64,000 bases of DNA from Thermoplasmatota archaeon (GTDB taxonomy: Archaea > Thermoplasmatota > JAKEGO01), in the NCBI GenBank assembly GCA_028279595.1, contig JANQNK010000006.1, positions 32,001-96,000 of the forward strand. The letters are read 5' to 3'. Under the pieces are notes generated by a model. That model was not told the DNA's origin. It searched no databases and saw only the letters and a list, made by a program, of their open reading frames with translations. Each line of letters starts with the position of its first letter. Positions within the stretch are counted from its first letter, which is position 1. Made by a program: the position numbers and the translations under genes. This document shows positions 1 through 9,514 of the stretch, in pieces.

Positions 1-1
1 G

Positions 2-1039
2 ATGAAAGCAGGAATCGTGACCTACGGTGCGTACGTTCCCTCCTTCCGCATAGCCGCGGAGGAGATAGCGGACACCTGGGGAGAGAACGGACCCGCGATA
101 TCGAGGGGCCTTAACGTCAAGGCCAAGTCGGTGCCCGCTCCGGACGAGGACTCCATAACCATATCTGTCGAGGCATCCCGCAACGCATTGAGGCGGCGGG
201 CGATCGACGCTTCGAGGATAGGTTCTGTCTTCGTCGGATCGGAATCCCCGCCCTACGCAGTCAAGCCGAGCGCGACGGTGCTCGCGGCCGCGATCGGGGC
301 GACGCCCGACATGACCGCTGCGGACCTGGAGTTCGCATGCAAGGCCGGTACGGCCGGAATGCAGGCTGCCCTCGGAATGGTCGAGGCGGGAATGGTCGAC
401 TACGGCCTCGTCGTCGGTGCGGACACATCGCAGGGCCGTCCCGGGGACCCGCTCGAGTACACCGCCTCCGCAGGCGGTGCCGCATACATACTCGGTGCGG
501 ACGATCCGATCGCCACGTTCAATGACATCTACTCCTACACGACCGACACGCCGGACTTCTGGAGGAGGGACCTCCAGCCGTATCCGAGCCACGGCGGCCG
601 GTTCACGGGGAGCCCTGCATACTTCAAGCATATCACGGCCACAACGACCACCGTGATGGAGCGCATGGGAACCTCTCCGGAGGACTACAAGTACGCGATT
701 TTCCACCAGCCGAACGGCAAGTTCCCTCTCAGGATCGGAAAGAAGCTCGGCTTCTCCCCGGAACAGGTGGAGACAGGTCTTCTGGTCCCCTTCATCGGGA
801 ACACCTATTCTGGTTCCATGATGCTCGGTCTGACAGCCGTTCTCGATGCCGCGTCCCCAGGCGACAGGATACTCGCGGTCTCGTACGGTTCCGGTGCGGG
901 TTCGGACGCCTTCGACATCACCGTGACCGACTCCATTGAGAAGATGAGCGAAGCCCCGACCACGATGCAGCAGGTCGAGGGGGGGCGGATGATATCGTAC
1001 GGCGTATACGCCAAGTTCAGACGGAAGATCAGGATGTGA
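2..1039 (+). CDS. mvaS: Hydroxymethylglutaryl-CoA synthase (archaeal type)
   Basis: Motifs GSES, DLEFACKAGT (catalytic Cys), FHQPNGKFP, GNTYSG and SYGSGAGSD; first gene of the HMGS-thiolase-DUF35 operon. Confidence 0.95.
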   Translation: MKAGIVTYGAYVPSFRIAAEEIADTWGENGPAISRGLNVKAKSVPAPDEDSITISVEASRNALRRRAIDASRIGSVFVGSESPPYAVKPSATVLAAAIGATPDMTAADLEFACKAGTAGMQAALGMVEAGMVDYGLVVGADTSQGRPGDPLEYTASAGGAAYILGADDPIATFNDIYSYTTDTPDFWRRDLQPYPSHGGRFTGSPAYFKHITATTTTVMERMGTSPEDYKYAIFHQPNGKFPLRIGKKLGFSPEQVETGLLVPFIGNTYSGSMMLGLTAVLDAASPGDRILAVSYGSGAGSDAFDITVTDSIEKMSEAPTTMQQVEGGRMISYGVYAKFRRKIRM

Positions 1040-1043
1040 TCGC

Positions 1044-2210
1044 GTGAGGAAGGTTGCAGTTATCGGGATCGGCATGACGCCCTTCGGGGAGCTGTGGGAC
1101 AGGTCGCTCAGGACCCTCGGGATCGAGGCCGGGCTCAACGCCATGGTGGATGCCGGAATAACGTCCGAGGAGGTCGATGCTCTCTACGTCGGCAACATGT
1201 CCTCGGGACGTTTCACGAACCAGGAGCATATATCGGCGGTCATTGCGGACCACACGGGACTATCCGCGAGGAACCTGCCTGCCATCCGTGTGGAGGCCGG
1301 CGAGGCCTCCGGTGCTGTCGCGTTCAGGGACGCTTACCTCTCTGTCGCCTCCGAGGTCTACGACATCGTCGTGGTCGGAGGGGCCGAGAAGATGACCGAC
1401 GTCAGCGACGCCATGGCCCACGAGATCTTCGCCACCAGCGTCGATCAGCAGTGGGAGGTGTTCCTCGGCGCCACGGTGCCATCGCTCTACGCGATGATGG
1501 CCCGGCGTCACATGCACGAGTACGGGACGACGAAGGAGCAGCTCGCATCCGTCGCAGTGAACGCTCACAAGAACGGATCGAAGAATCCCAACGCGCAGTT
1601 CAAGAACCAGATCTCCGTGGAAGCGGCCGCGAAGGCGGGAATGGTCGCGTCCCCGTTGGGTATGCTCGACTGCGCTCCGATATCCGATGGTGCCGCAGCT
1701 CTCGTGCTCGCACCACTGGACATTGCCAAGAGGATGACCGACCACCCAGTCGTGATAGCGGGCAGCGGTGTCGCCACCGACACCATCAGCCTTCACCACA
1801 GGGAATCGCTCACCACCATGAGATCGACATCCGTTGCCGCGGACCTTGCGTACAGGCGGTCCGGAATGACACCCGAACACGTCGACATCGCGGAGGTGCA
1901 CGACAACTTCACAATATCCGGGATCATGGCGGTCGAGGACCTCGGGTTCGTCGAGAAGGGACAGGGCGGTCCTGCCTTCGAGAGCGGGAAGTTCGACATC
2001 GAGGGCGACCTCCCGGTGAACACGTCCGGTGGTCTCAAGGCACAGGGACAGCCTCTCGGTGCTATCGGCATCGCGCAGGTGGTCGAGGTGACAAGGCAGC
2101 TCCGCGGGGACGCGGGCGACCGCCAGGTCGACTCGCCCCAGGTGGGTCTGACCCAGTGCGTAGGTGGAACAGGCGGTACTTCCGTCGTACATGTCATGAA
2201 GGTGATCTGA
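1044..2210 (+). CDS. Archaeal acetoacetyl-CoA thiolase-family protein with degenerate active site
   Basis: Thiolase fold motifs (GGAEKMTD, DCAPISDGAAA, VNTSGGLKA), but RVEAGEASG replaces EAACASG, HDNF replaces HDCF and GQP replaces GHP; GTG start. Confidence 0.9.
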   Translation: MRKVAVIGIGMTPFGELWDRSLRTLGIEAGLNAMVDAGITSEEVDALYVGNMSSGRFTNQEHISAVIADHTGLSARNLPAIRVEAGEASGAVAFRDAYLSVASEVYDIVVVGGAEKMTDVSDAMAHEIFATSVDQQWEVFLGATVPSLYAMMARRHMHEYGTTKEQLASVAVNAHKNGSKNPNAQFKNQISVEAAAKAGMVASPLGMLDCAPISDGAAALVLAPLDIAKRMTDHPVVIAGSGVATDTISLHHRESLTTMRSTSVAADLAYRRSGMTPEHVDIAEVHDNFTISGIMAVEDLGFVEKGQGGPAFESGKFDIEGDLPVNTSGGLKAQGQPLGAIGIAQVVEVTRQLRGDAGDRQVDSPQVGLTQCVGGTGGTSVVHVMKVI

Positions 2211-2608
2211 TGGGCGTTGCAAGGTTTTGGCGTGAGAACAGGACCAGGTACAATCTGATCGGCAACAGGTGCCCTACGTGCGAGAAGGCCTTCTTCCCGC
2301 CGAGGGAGCTGTGCCCGACCTGTCACAGGCAGAGCATCGGCAAGATGGTGGAGATCCAGTTCTCCGGCAAGGGCAAGATATACAGTTACTCGGACGTCCA
2401 CGACGCCCCGACCGACTTCTCCGACCAGAGGCCCTACATCATGGCCATCGTCGAGCTCGACGAGGGTCCAAGGATCACGGCGCAGATCGTCGACGCGATC
2501 GACGGTGTCGAGATAGGCATGCCTGTCGAGATGGTGTTCCGTAAGATACGCGAGGAGAGCCCGGAGGGCATCATCCACTACGGTTACAAGTTCAAACCGG
2601 CCCTCTAG
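2210..2608 (+). CDS. DUF35 Zn-ribbon/OB-fold protein (scaffold of the thiolase-HMGS complex)
   Basis: ATG overlaps the thiolase stop (TGATG); MGVARFWRE...CPTC...FPPRELCPTC followed by an OB fold; corresponds to the C-terminal 132 aa of the 504-aa track ORF. Confidence 0.93.
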   Translation: MGVARFWRENRTRYNLIGNRCPTCEKAFFPPRELCPTCHRQSIGKMVEIQFSGKGKIYSYSDVHDAPTDFSDQRPYIMAIVELDEGPRITAQIVDAIDGVEIGMPVEMVFRKIREESPEGIIHYGYKFKPAL

Positions 2609-2844
2609 CCGTGCAGGATGCCCTTGACGGTCACTGGTGAATAGACCGCCTTCATCTCGGAGAGGAGGTTCTCGTAGTACGCCAGGTGCTTCTTGATCAC
2701 CTGGCGGCGCTCCTCGAGGGCTCTCCGCTCCTCACCCATCGCCTCCTTTATCTTGCGGGCGTTCACCTGCAACATCCTCTTCCATCGTTCGTACTCCTTC
2801 AGGGTCTCGACGATGGCGTCGCAGTTGACCTCCTCCGCAGGCAT
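2605..2844 (-). CDS. Small coiled-coil hypothetical protein (79 aa)
   Basis: ORF MPAEEVNCD...; TTTATA box 23-28 nt upstream of the ATG (leaderless-type); charged helical composition. Confidence 0.7.
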   Translation of the reverse strand: MPAEEVNCDAIVETLKEYERWKRMLQVNARKIKEAMGEERRALEERRQVIKKHLAYYENLLSEMKAVYSPVTVKGILHG

Positions 2845-2921
2845 GGGTTTCTGACCGATATATGCGTATAAATAGGTTGCCCAGTGCCCTGGAACCCTGG
2901 CTGCCACTGGAGAACGCCGGT

Positions 2922-5900
2922 CTATCCGAGGTACCTCAATGCCTCTGCCGGGGCCACCTTCGCTGCCCTCCTCGCCGGGCTAACGGTGCTGATGAACGTG
3001 AAGATGTACGAGATCGCTGAAACTGCGAATATCGTGTCCCACGGGATCACGAACTTGGCAGCCTCGAAGTCGAGGTATATGTTGTAACCCAGAATTATCC
3101 CGAGTCCTACCCCGAGGACGATCCCCAGCAATGCTATGAACGACGATTCGATGAGGAAGCTCTTCAGTATCATGTTCCTCTTGAACCCGATTGCACGCAG
3201 CATGCCGATCTGCTGTCTCCGTTCGGTGACCGATCTTATGGTGATGATACCGAGTCCTGCGATCCCGACTACGAGCCCCAGTCCGATGAAGGCCTCGAGC
3301 AGGTAGAAGAAGTTCTTGATCATCGAGAGCTGCGCCTCCAGCTCGGCCTTGATGATGTAGGTCTGCATTCCGTTGGCGATGAACGCGCTCTCCATGTTCT
3401 TGGCGATCCTGTCCTGCTGGTCCTCCGAGAGGCCCCTCCTGAACTTGAACAGGACCAACGAGGATGCGGTGACGTTGAACTCCTCGTTCACGACCGTCGA
3501 ATTGACGAAGATCCCCTGTATTAGCGACTGTTTCATGATCCCGATTATCGTCACGGTATGATTGCCGCCGAAGGGGTCCCGGATGACGACGACCGACCCG
3601 AGCTCTATCTCGACCCCCTCCATCGGAGGACCGAACTCCTCGGGGATGACCGAGTGGTCCACGATTGCCAGTGAGCCGTTGTCCTGCACCGCCCTCCATG
3701 CGTCCTGGTATTTCGGATAGTCCTTCTCGATCCATTCCTCGAGCTCGTAGTCGCTGGAGTTGAAGAAATGCTCCGTGCATCCGATGATCGAATACCAGGT
3801 CCCGTTCTCCTCGAACTCCGGGAACGGACGTGTGTGATTCCGGTATAGTGCCCGTTCCTCGAGATCATCCGGGATGCCTTTCGGGAGGCCATATGTCGCG
3901 GAGAGGGACCTCGACAGAGGGACGATGGTCCGGAAATCATCGAGGTCGAGCGTGTCGTTCATGGATATCTGGGCCTCGACATCGAACAGCGGTGTATTGG
4001 GATTCGTGTACCCTATCATGTGATAGCCGCCGCTCTGCTCCCGTGTGATCTCGTCGATGTTCCCCTCGATCTGACTGATGATCATCGCCGTCGTGGTGAT
4101 GGTGAAGATGATGAGCGTGAACATCGCCAGCGTCATCCCGGTCCTGAACTTCGAGTCCATGGGATAGGAGATGGCCGTCTTGAAGACCGGAACGATGGAC
4201 TTGAACCTGCCGAACACCCTGATGAGCCCCTGGAGCATCAGATGGTTGTTGTAGATGACGATGAAGAGTGCTCCCATTACCATGAATATCCCCGAGAATA
4301 TCCATATCACCATGGAATCCTGCAGATCGAAGCCGAAGAGGCTGAAGAAACCGTAGGGATATGACCACACTGCCAGGATCAGGAACCCGCCGAGGGTGAA
4401 AGCCCGCTCGTCGAGCATCCACCGCCTGAGCAGAAGCGTGAACCCCAGCAGTATTATCGAGAGACCGCCGTAGGCCGGCCACGATTCCAGGTATACAGGT
4501 GATCCCGGGTCGCCGACGGCCATGTAGGTCATGACTGCGCCGAGAAGGATTATGAGGAGTTCGTACTGTCTAAGTACCTGGTCCCTGAACCTGAACACAG
4601 TCCTCTTCAGGGTTCCCAGGTCCGGGTCCAGTTCCTCGATCTCATGGCGGGTGTACCTTGGTTCGGGAATGTTCCTGATGGCCCGGATGATGTTGAGCTT
4701 GCTGACCTTCCACGAGGAGTAGACGATCGTTATGAAAGTGATCATCAGCCCCGCGCTGAAGGCGATCACTAGGCTGTCCGCCGTGAACACGAAGTACTCC
4801 ATTATCGGGAATGCCTCCCCTATGAAGATGTTCGAGAAGGCCAGGATTATCAGCCATGCGACGGCGACACCGACGAACACGCCGATCAGCGCCGCGAAGA
4901 CCGCCAGGAAGGCTCCCTCGAAGAGGAACTGGTACATCAGGTACTTCGCCCTGAGGCCGATGGCCCTCTGGATGCCCATCTCACCCTTCCGCTCCTCGGC
5001 GAGCATCACGAAGATGTTCACCACGAGAAGGACGCCTGCGATTATGCTGAACGCTCCCAGGATGAGGAAGAGCTCCGTCAGCTGTCTGCTTCCCTCGAGC
5101 GCCTGCTCGATGGCCTCCTGCTTTGCCTTGGAAATCGTCAGCGGTACCGGCTGGTTCTGGAGGTAGGGTTCGAGCCCCTTCGCAGCCCTATCGCTGAGCT
5201 CCATCCCCTCGACCTTGTCGCCGACATTGCTGATCTTGAGGTAATTTATCTGGTCGCCGACACCGAGCAGGTCCTGCAGGACATCCAACCGCATGAAGAT
5301 GTTCAGTCCTCCGATCCCCTGGAACATCCCGAATGCGGCCCGTCCCTTGAACTCCACGACCTCGCGGACCCGCACGACCGTCGAGCTGTTGAGCCCGTAG
5401 TACAGTACAAGCTTGTCGCCCCTCTTGACGTCCAGCTCGTCTGCCACCAGCTCGTTGACGAAGACCTCGTCGTCCTCCAGGTCGTTGGAGGTCTGCCTGC
5501 CTCCCCTGGTGGGGTAGAAGCTCCCGAACGCCTTGGATTCATCGTGATCTACACCCCAAAGCTGAAGGCCGGCCTCGGACAGCTTCGTCCTCCTGTCCAA
5601 TACAGAGACCGTCATCGAGATCTCGGGAGAGACGTCCTCGATCACGTTCCCCAAACCCTCGTCGTCGATGTACTGGTTGAGACCCTCGTAGACGGAGTAG
5701 TTGAAGAACGCATACGTGAAGTTCGGCGTGAACGTGAATGCGATCTCGTCGGTCTCGTCGTACGAATCGTAGGCGCTCTTGGTGAAGAGGTTCTCGAGGG
5801 TGTCTCCCACGATCAATGATCCCGATATGATCGCCGTTCCCACCATGAGCCCGCATACGATGATGACCGTGTTGACCTTCCTTCGCGTCAGGTTCCGCAT

Positions 5901-6020
5901 CCCCATCTTCGCAAGGGTCCTGTACTTGATCGCCAGGACACCTACGAATGCGAAGAAAAGGATGACGATCAACAGGAATGAGAGAGCTCCGTCGGACATC
6001 CGATCACTTTCCCTTCCCAT
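2922..6020 (-). CDS. ABC transporter permease, duplicated FtsX/MacB-type
   Basis: Two FtsX signatures (ERKGEMGIQRAIG, ERRQQIGMLRAIG), C-terminal PARRAAKVAPAEALRY, many TM helices; start may be 5999. Confidence 0.92.
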   Translation of the reverse strand: MGRESDRMSDGALSFLLIVILFFAFVGVLAIKYRTLAKMGMRNLTRRKVNTVIIVCGLMVGTAIISGSLIVGDTLENLFTKSAYDSYDETDEIAFTFTPNFTYAFFNYSVYEGLNQYIDDEGLGNVIEDVSPEISMTVSVLDRRTKLSEAGLQLWGVDHDESKAFGSFYPTRGGRQTSNDLEDDEVFVNELVADELDVKRGDKLVLYYGLNSSTVVRVREVVEFKGRAAFGMFQGIGGLNIFMRLDVLQDLLGVGDQINYLKISNVGDKVEGMELSDRAAKGLEPYLQNQPVPLTISKAKQEAIEQALEGSRQLTELFLILGAFSIIAGVLLVVNIFVMLAEERKGEMGIQRAIGLRAKYLMYQFLFEGAFLAVFAALIGVFVGVAVAWLIILAFSNIFIGEAFPIMEYFVFTADSLVIAFSAGLMITFITIVYSSWKVSKLNIIRAIRNIPEPRYTRHEIEELDPDLGTLKRTVFRFRDQVLRQYELLIILLGAVMTYMAVGDPGSPVYLESWPAYGGLSIILLGFTLLLRRWMLDERAFTLGGFLILAVWSYPYGFFSLFGFDLQDSMVIWIFSGIFMVMGALFIVIYNNHLMLQGLIRVFGRFKSIVPVFKTAISYPMDSKFRTGMTLAMFTLIIFTITTTAMIISQIEGNIDEITREQSGGYHMIGYTNPNTPLFDVEAQISMNDTLDLDDFRTIVPLSRSLSATYGLPKGIPDDLEERALYRNHTRPFPEFEENGTWYSIIGCTEHFFNSSDYELEEWIEKDYPKYQDAWRAVQDNGSLAIVDHSVIPEEFGPPMEGVEIELGSVVVIRDPFGGNHTVTIIGIMKQSLIQGIFVNSTVVNEEFNVTASSLVLFKFRRGLSEDQQDRIAKNMESAFIANGMQTYIIKAELEAQLSMIKNFFYLLEAFIGLGLVVGIAGLGIITIRSVTERRQQIGMLRAIGFKRNMILKSFLIESSFIALLGIVLGVGLGIILGYNIYLDFEAAKFVIPWDTIFAVSAISYIFTFISTVSPARRAAKVAPAEALRYLG

Positions 6021-6726
6021 CGTCCGTGAAGTCGCAGACCTCGGCCCCCTTCTCCTCCTTCGTTATAAGGCCGCTGTCCATCCAGATGATCCTGTCGGCA
6101 CGCTGGCCCACCTTGTCGTCGTGGGTTACGATGATGAAGGTCTGCTTGTTCTTCTTGTTGAGCTTGCATATGACGTCCATCACCTCGGTGGAGGTCTTCG
6201 TGTCAAGGTCCCCTGTAGGTTCGTCTGCAAAGACGATCTTGGGCTTGTTGACGAGGGCCCTGGCGATGGTCACCCGCTGCCTCTGACCTCCGGAGAGCTC
6301 GGCAGGCCTGTGGTCGGCCCACTTTCTCAGTCCCACGAGGTCCAGTGTCTTCAACGCCCTCTTCCGTGCCTTTGCGGGCTTGATCCCCGAGACCAGGAGT
6401 GGAAGCTCCACGTTCTCCACCGCTGTCAGTACAGGTAGGAGGTTGTAGAACTGGAATATGAACCCCATGTGTGTCGCCCTGTAATCGGTCTTCTGGTTGT
6501 CCGTCAGGCCCGTGATGTCCATACCCTCGACGTAGACCTTGCCGTCGGTCACGTCATCGAGCCCGGACAGGCAGTTGAGGAGGGTGGTCTTGCCACAACC
6601 CGACGCGCCCATCACGGCAACCATCTCTCCAGCGCGGACATTGAAGTCGATGCCCCTTAGCGCCTCGACCTTCACCTTTCCCGTATCGTATGTCTTGACC
6701 AGTGCCTTCGATTCGATCAGTCCCAC
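6004..6726 (-). CDS. ABC transporter ATP-binding protein, LolD/MacB family
   Basis: Walker A GASGCGKTT, FIFQFYNL, LSGGQRQRV, ADEPTGDLD; GTG start at 6726 follows a GGAGGTG SD. Confidence 0.95.
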   Translation of the reverse strand: MGLIESKALVKTYDTGKVKVEALRGIDFNVRAGEMVAVMGASGCGKTTLLNCLSGLDDVTDGKVYVEGMDITGLTDNQKTDYRATHMGFIFQFYNLLPVLTAVENVELPLLVSGIKPAKARKRALKTLDLVGLRKWADHRPAELSGGQRQRVTIARALVNKPKIVFADEPTGDLDTKTSTEVMDVICKLNKKNKQTFIIVTHDDKVGQRADRIIWMDSGLITKEEKGAEVCDFTDDGKGK

Positions 6727-6883
6727 ATCGACACCTCCGATTGCCGGACAATCCATTTGGGGTATATAATCATGATTATGTTCACCCACGTTACTGTTCT
6801 TATTAAAGACACGAACACGCTGATGTTCCCGATCTTACAGGTATCTAGTAAGATTTATATCGTATCCATCTGATTGATATTGG

Positions 6884-7252
6884 ATGGCGGAGGACGAGCT
6901 CGAGGATTTCTTCGGGTCCGATGAGGAGCGGCGGCGGTTCTTTTCAGACGTCAATGAACCCGCGGTCAAGAGGGAACGTTTCATCACAGGGGTCAACGTC
7001 AACGAGAAGTACTACGAACCCCACAAGCGAGCCTCAGGCACCGTGATAGAGACGAAGCAGCCGAGGTCCTCGGCGAAGACGAAGCATATAGTCCCAGGTG
7101 TCGCGCCGACCGGCGACGACAGGCCGTCAGTGACTTCGATCGAGCGCAGATCGGCGTCGGCGAAGATGACCAAGATGGCCGCCATCGTTCTGGTCGTCTG
7201 CATCTGCATGTTCCTTGTTATCCTGATAATGAGGGGCGGCCTTTTACCATGA
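6884..7252 (+). CDS. Hypothetical protein with C-terminal membrane anchor
   Basis: TTTATA box upstream; charged N-terminus and a single C-terminal hydrophobic helix. Confidence 0.7.
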   Translation: MAEDELEDFFGSDEERRRFFSDVNEPAVKRERFITGVNVNEKYYEPHKRASGTVIETKQPRSSAKTKHIVPGVAPTGDDRPSVTSIERRSASAKMTKMAAIVLVVCICMFLVILIMRGGLLP

Positions 7253-7289
7253 ACGGACCGGAAATGTCACTAATCCAATGACCACATTT

Positions 7290-7589
7290 TCACTCATCGA
7301 GTCGACCGACGGCCTTGAGCTTGCGGTCTATTCCGTGGTCGACGTCGCGGCGGTCGTCGATCTTGACATTGGTGACGATGCGGACCGATCCCTGGTCCGC
7401 AATTGCCATGTGGGCTATCTGGACCGCGTCGAGGGCGGTGTCCAGGTCGGGGGCCTCCACCGTGGTCGACATCGGCCCCACATGTATCTTGAGCCCCGTC
7501 GCCTCGAGAGCGTCTATCGCCTTCCTCACGTACTGGCCCAGGGAATGCCCCTTGTCCACGGGGAACGAACTGATGGATACGACTATCAT
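7290..7589 (-). CDS. MTH1187/YkoF-like thiamine-binding family protein
   Basis: VSISSFPV...VGPMSTTVE...H...VRIVTNVKIDDRRD family pattern. Confidence 0.88.
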   Translation of the reverse strand: MIVVSISSFPVDKGHSLGQYVRKAIDALEATGLKIHVGPMSTTVEAPDLDTALDAVQIAHMAIADQGSVRIVTNVKIDDRRDVDHGIDRKLKAVGRLDE

Positions 7590-7672
7590 CTGATTGCCTC
7601 CGTCCGTTGATGTCAGTGGTGATGATTAACCTTTCTCCCAGAAATGTGATATACCCGGGCATCGGTTCGGAT

Positions 7673-8917
7673 ATGATGACCGATGTGGACTCGATAATCC
7701 GGGGTTCGGTGCTTGCGACAGCGAACGGCCCGGGTCCGTTGACAGGCAAGGCGATGCGGGAGATCGGGACGATCGACGATCCGGCCATTGCCGTCGAGGA
7801 CGGACATATCGTGGACATCGGTCCTGCATCGGACATAGGGTCGGAATATTCAGGCAGGGTCATCGACCTCGATGGATGCACCCTCGTACCCGGATTCGTC
7901 GACCCTCACACTCACGCTCTCTTCGCCGGAACACGGGCCGACGAGGTCGTGATGAGACAGGAGGGGTGGTCGTACCTCGAGGTCCTGAAGGCGGGAGGCG
8001 GAATCCTACGGACCATGAGGGCCGTCCGCGAGGCGACCGACGGCGAGCTCATCATGGAGACCCTTCTCAGGCTCGATCGAATGCTATCTCACGGCACCAC
8101 CACTGCCGAGATCAAGACCGGATACGACCTCAGGCCTGAGGGCGAGGTCCGCCTGCTCGAGGTCATCAACAGCATCAAGCATCCGATGACCATCGTTCCC
8201 ACGTTCCTTGGCGCACATGCCGTTCCACCGGAGTACGACGATCCCAGTGCCTACGTCGACTGTCTCATCGAGGTCCTGCCCGAGGCGGCCAACCTTGCCC
8301 GGTTCTGCGACGTCTTCTGCGAGGACGGCGTATTCGATGTCGAAGTCAGCCGAAGACTGCTCGAGGCCGCGATCGACGCCGGAATGGGCGTCAAGATGCA
8401 CGCCGATGAGATCGAGCCAATCGGCGGTGCGGGACTCGCCGCTTCCCTCGGAGCCAGGAGTGCGGAGCATCTCCTAGCGGCTTCCGATGGGGACCTCAAG
8501 GCGATGGCTGACGCTGGCGTGGTAGCCGTTCTCCTCCCGGGAACATCCTACGTCCTCATGAAGGGCAAGTATGCCGATGCTCGGAAGATGATCGAGATGG
8601 AAATACCAGTCGCGCTCGCCACCGATATCAATCCCAATTGCTGGATGGAATCGATGCAGATGGTCATGTCTTTAGCAGCGTACCAGATGAAGATGCACCC
8701 GGACGAGTGTCTGACCGCCGCGACATTGAACGCCGCACACGCCCTCGACCTTTCGGAGAGGACCGGAAGCCTCGAGGTCGGGAAATGGGCCGATATCGTC
8801 GCGATCGACGCTCCCGATCACATGCACATTCCCTACAGGTTCGGTTCGAACCACGTTCGAGCTGTGATCAAGATGGGCGAGGTCGTCGTCGACAGGAGCC
8901 GGACGTTATGCGATTGA
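7673..8917 (+). CDS. hutI: Imidazolonepropionase
   Basis: PGFVDPHTHALFAGTRADE, GGGILRT, GTTTAEIKTGY, FLGAHAVP, DVFCE, HADE, ALATDINP. Confidence 0.95.
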   Translation: MMTDVDSIIRGSVLATANGPGPLTGKAMREIGTIDDPAIAVEDGHIVDIGPASDIGSEYSGRVIDLDGCTLVPGFVDPHTHALFAGTRADEVVMRQEGWSYLEVLKAGGGILRTMRAVREATDGELIMETLLRLDRMLSHGTTTAEIKTGYDLRPEGEVRLLEVINSIKHPMTIVPTFLGAHAVPPEYDDPSAYVDCLIEVLPEAANLARFCDVFCEDGVFDVEVSRRLLEAAIDAGMGVKMHADEIEPIGGAGLAASLGARSAEHLLAASDGDLKAMADAGVVAVLLPGTSYVLMKGKYADARKMIEMEIPVALATDINPNCWMESMQMVMSLAAYQMKMHPDECLTAATLNAAHALDLSERTGSLEVGKWADIVAIDAPDHMHIPYRFGSNHVRAVIKMGEVVVDRSRTLCD

Positions 8918-9014
8918 ACCGTTCAATTCCGAACGAGGCGCTCGACGCCACCCCTATGGGGCGTCCATGCGCCTCGAGTATGACTGAAAAGAACGAACCT
9001 TGTGAGGATGACAT

Positions 9015-9488
9015 ATGAGGATCCGAAAGAGATACGGCTTGCGGGAGAAGGATTTCAAGAAGGTAACGTCGGGGTTCGTCGAGACATTCGGGATGACGCT
9101 CGACGGCAGCCGTTACGAGGAGGCCGAGACCGACGGGCCGACCATGTATCTCCTCGACGGAACGCCGATCGGATTCGAACTCGAGGGCGAGCTCTATCCC
9201 GCCATCGCGGGGATCATGAAGTTCAATGCGACCAAAAAAGCGGTCACGGTGGACATGGGTGCTGTCAGGTTCCTCGCCAACGGAGCCAACGTCATGGCCC
9301 CGGGCATCGTTGATGCAGATACCTCGATCGAGGTTGGCGACACGGTCTGGGTCCGCGAGGAGTCGCATGGACGACCCCTCAGCGTGGGGAAGGCTACTCA
9401 GAACGGACCCGATATGATCAAGGGTTCCGGGGTTGCCATCGAGACCGTCCACTTCGTCGGCGACAAGATCTGGAAACTGTTCGAATAG
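9015..9488 (+). CDS. PUA-domain RNA-binding protein (DUF1947/MCT-1-like)
   Basis: VTVDMGAVRFLANGANVMAPGIVDAD and H..GDKIW motifs. Confidence 0.9.
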   Translation: MRIRKRYGLREKDFKKVTSGFVETFGMTLDGSRYEEAETDGPTMYLLDGTPIGFELEGELYPAIAGIMKFNATKKAVTVDMGAVRFLANGANVMAPGIVDADTSIEVGDTVWVREESHGRPLSVGKATQNGPDMIKGSGVAIETVHFVGDKIWKLFE

Positions 9489-9514
9489 CCAAATGGACAG
9501 TGAAAGAGGTCGAT

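Noticed and set aside
1094-2209. 504-aa track ORF overlapping the thiolase
   Set aside because: Only the last 132 aa (DUF35, from ATG 2210) look like protein; the rest is an Arg/Gly-rich off-frame shadow typical of high-GC DNA
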